Source: Candidatus Bathyarchaeota archaeon
Lineage (GTDB): Archaea; Thermoproteota; Bathyarchaeia; Bathyarchaeales; Bathyarchaeaceae
Length of the DNA: 45,675 bases
Reading direction: 5' to 3'
Assembly (NCBI GenBank): GCA_020344435.1
Contig: CP070826.1
Coordinates: forward strand, 1,021,024-1,066,698
Below are positions 44,972-45,675 of this stretch, in pieces (the stretch's first letter is position 1; every line of letters begins with the position of its first letter). The translations under genes and the position numbers were made by a program. A model generated the notes under the pieces. That model was not told the origin of the DNA. It worked only from the letters and a program-made list of their open reading frames with translations, and made no database searches.

Positions 44972-45675
44972 ATGACACCGACGAGGAAACAGAGAAGACT
45001 GTTTATCACAGACTGCGAAGGCCCCATATCCAAGAACGACAACGCTTATGAACTCACAGAACATTTCATTCCGAGCGGAGGCGGGTTCTTCACCCTAATC
45101 AGCAAGTATGATGATGTTCAAGCAGACATTGTGAAGAGGCGGGGCTACAAAGCTGGCGATACCCTGAGACTAATACTGCCCTTTCTGAAGGGCTATGGCG
45201 CAACAAACGAGAAGATGAAGAAGTTCTCGACGGAGCACATTCTTTTGGTTTCTGGCGCCAAAGAAACGTTGAGATTTGTCAGAGGCTTGATGTCCACATT
45301 TATAGTTAGCACTAGTTATGAGCAGTACATGCGTGCTCTGTGTGATGTTCTGGATTTCCCCTTCGAGAACGTTCACTGCACCAAACTGGACCTCGACAAG
45401 TACAAAGTCGATAATGAAGAGGCAGAGAAGCTGAGGAGATTCAGAGAAGAGATAGCTGCCATGCCGATGATACGAGTTCCCGCTGATGCAACCTCAATCG
45501 ATGAACTCTCTGCGAGAGACAGAGAAACGGTCAAAAGGCTGGATGAGATATTCTGGGAAGAACTTTCTAGCATAGAGTGTGGCAAGATGTTGGAAGAGAT
45601 CAACCCTGTCGGTGGATATGAGAAGGCTAGGGCGGTTCAGCACATCGTGAAAGAGAGGGATAGCAGCCTATCCGA
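44972..45675 (+). CDS. HAD-like protein resembling EhaR-type proteins, partial (runs off the right edge)
   Basis: The ATG at 44972 opens a frame that stays open to the end of the window, so it is not in the ORF track. My translation is MTPTRKQRRLFITDCEGPISKNDNAYELTEHFIP.... The FITDCEGPISKNDNA N-terminus matches proteins annotated as energy-converting hydrogenase A subunit R. Confidence 0.6.
   Translation, partial: MTPTRKQRRLFITDCEGPISKNDNAYELTEHFIPSGGGFFTLISKYDDVQADIVKRRGYKAGDTLRLILPFLKGYGATNEKMKKFSTEHILLVSGAKETLRFVRGLMSTFIVSTSYEQYMRALCDVLDFPFENVHCTKLDLDKYKVDNEEAEKLRRFREEIAAMPMIRVPADATSIDELSARDRETVKRLDEIFWEELSSIECGKMLEEINPVGGYEKARAVQHIVKERDSSLS

Noticed and set aside
1-45675. A search by eye for tRNA or rRNA genes, transposases, integrases, toxin-antitoxin pairs and known defence genes.
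   Set aside because: I saw no T-loop consensus (GGTTCGAATCC or GGTTCAAATCC, either strand) in intergenic regions, no rRNA-like stretches, and no recombinase or defence-type motifs. A tRNAscan or Infernal run is needed for certainty.

Overview
This is an archaeal chromosomal segment; the lineage cannot be assigned from this window. It is densely coded on both strands, and many neighbouring genes overlap by 4 nt (ATGA or GTGA). Most of it is information-processing core. That core includes SSB, endonuclease III, a Clp1-type kinase, RadB, CarS, topoisomerase IA, GcvT and the PAC2-Nop10-aIF2alpha-S27e-L44e block. It also includes GINS-PriS, PCNA, a family-B polymerase, L37e, an Sm protein, a PUA protein, SepF, PurF and PurD. 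I found no rRNA, tRNA, CRISPR array or transposase.

The parts that look non-standard are:
1. A tightly coupled eight-gene plus-strand operon (about 21.8-29.3 kb). It combines an orphan MutL/GlmL-type actin-fold ATPase, a barrel-sandwich protein, a DUF483-like Cys protein and five membrane proteins I cannot place. This is my best candidate for an undescribed system.
2. A divergent PolB with degenerate exonuclease and polymerase motifs, in an operon with an 89-aa protein and a RecA/RadB-like protein that has lost its Walker A motif.
3. A priL gene cut off after about 117 codons, next to an archaeosortase + GT2 pair. A PEF-CTERM beta-helix surface protein lies 20 kb away.
4. A roughly 760-bp stretch with no credible gene. 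It holds eight helically phased ACGAT repeats, a GC-rich island and a frameshifted mini-ORF.
5. A probable homopolymer frameshift at the carS start.
6. A shared GTTGACAAG direct-repeat element in two promoters.

Three real CDSs are missing from the ORF track (Nop10, a 51-aa zinc ribbon, and an edge-truncated zinc-ribbon protein), as is the edge-truncated HAD-like gene at the right end. All family assignments come from motif recognition by eye, not from searches.
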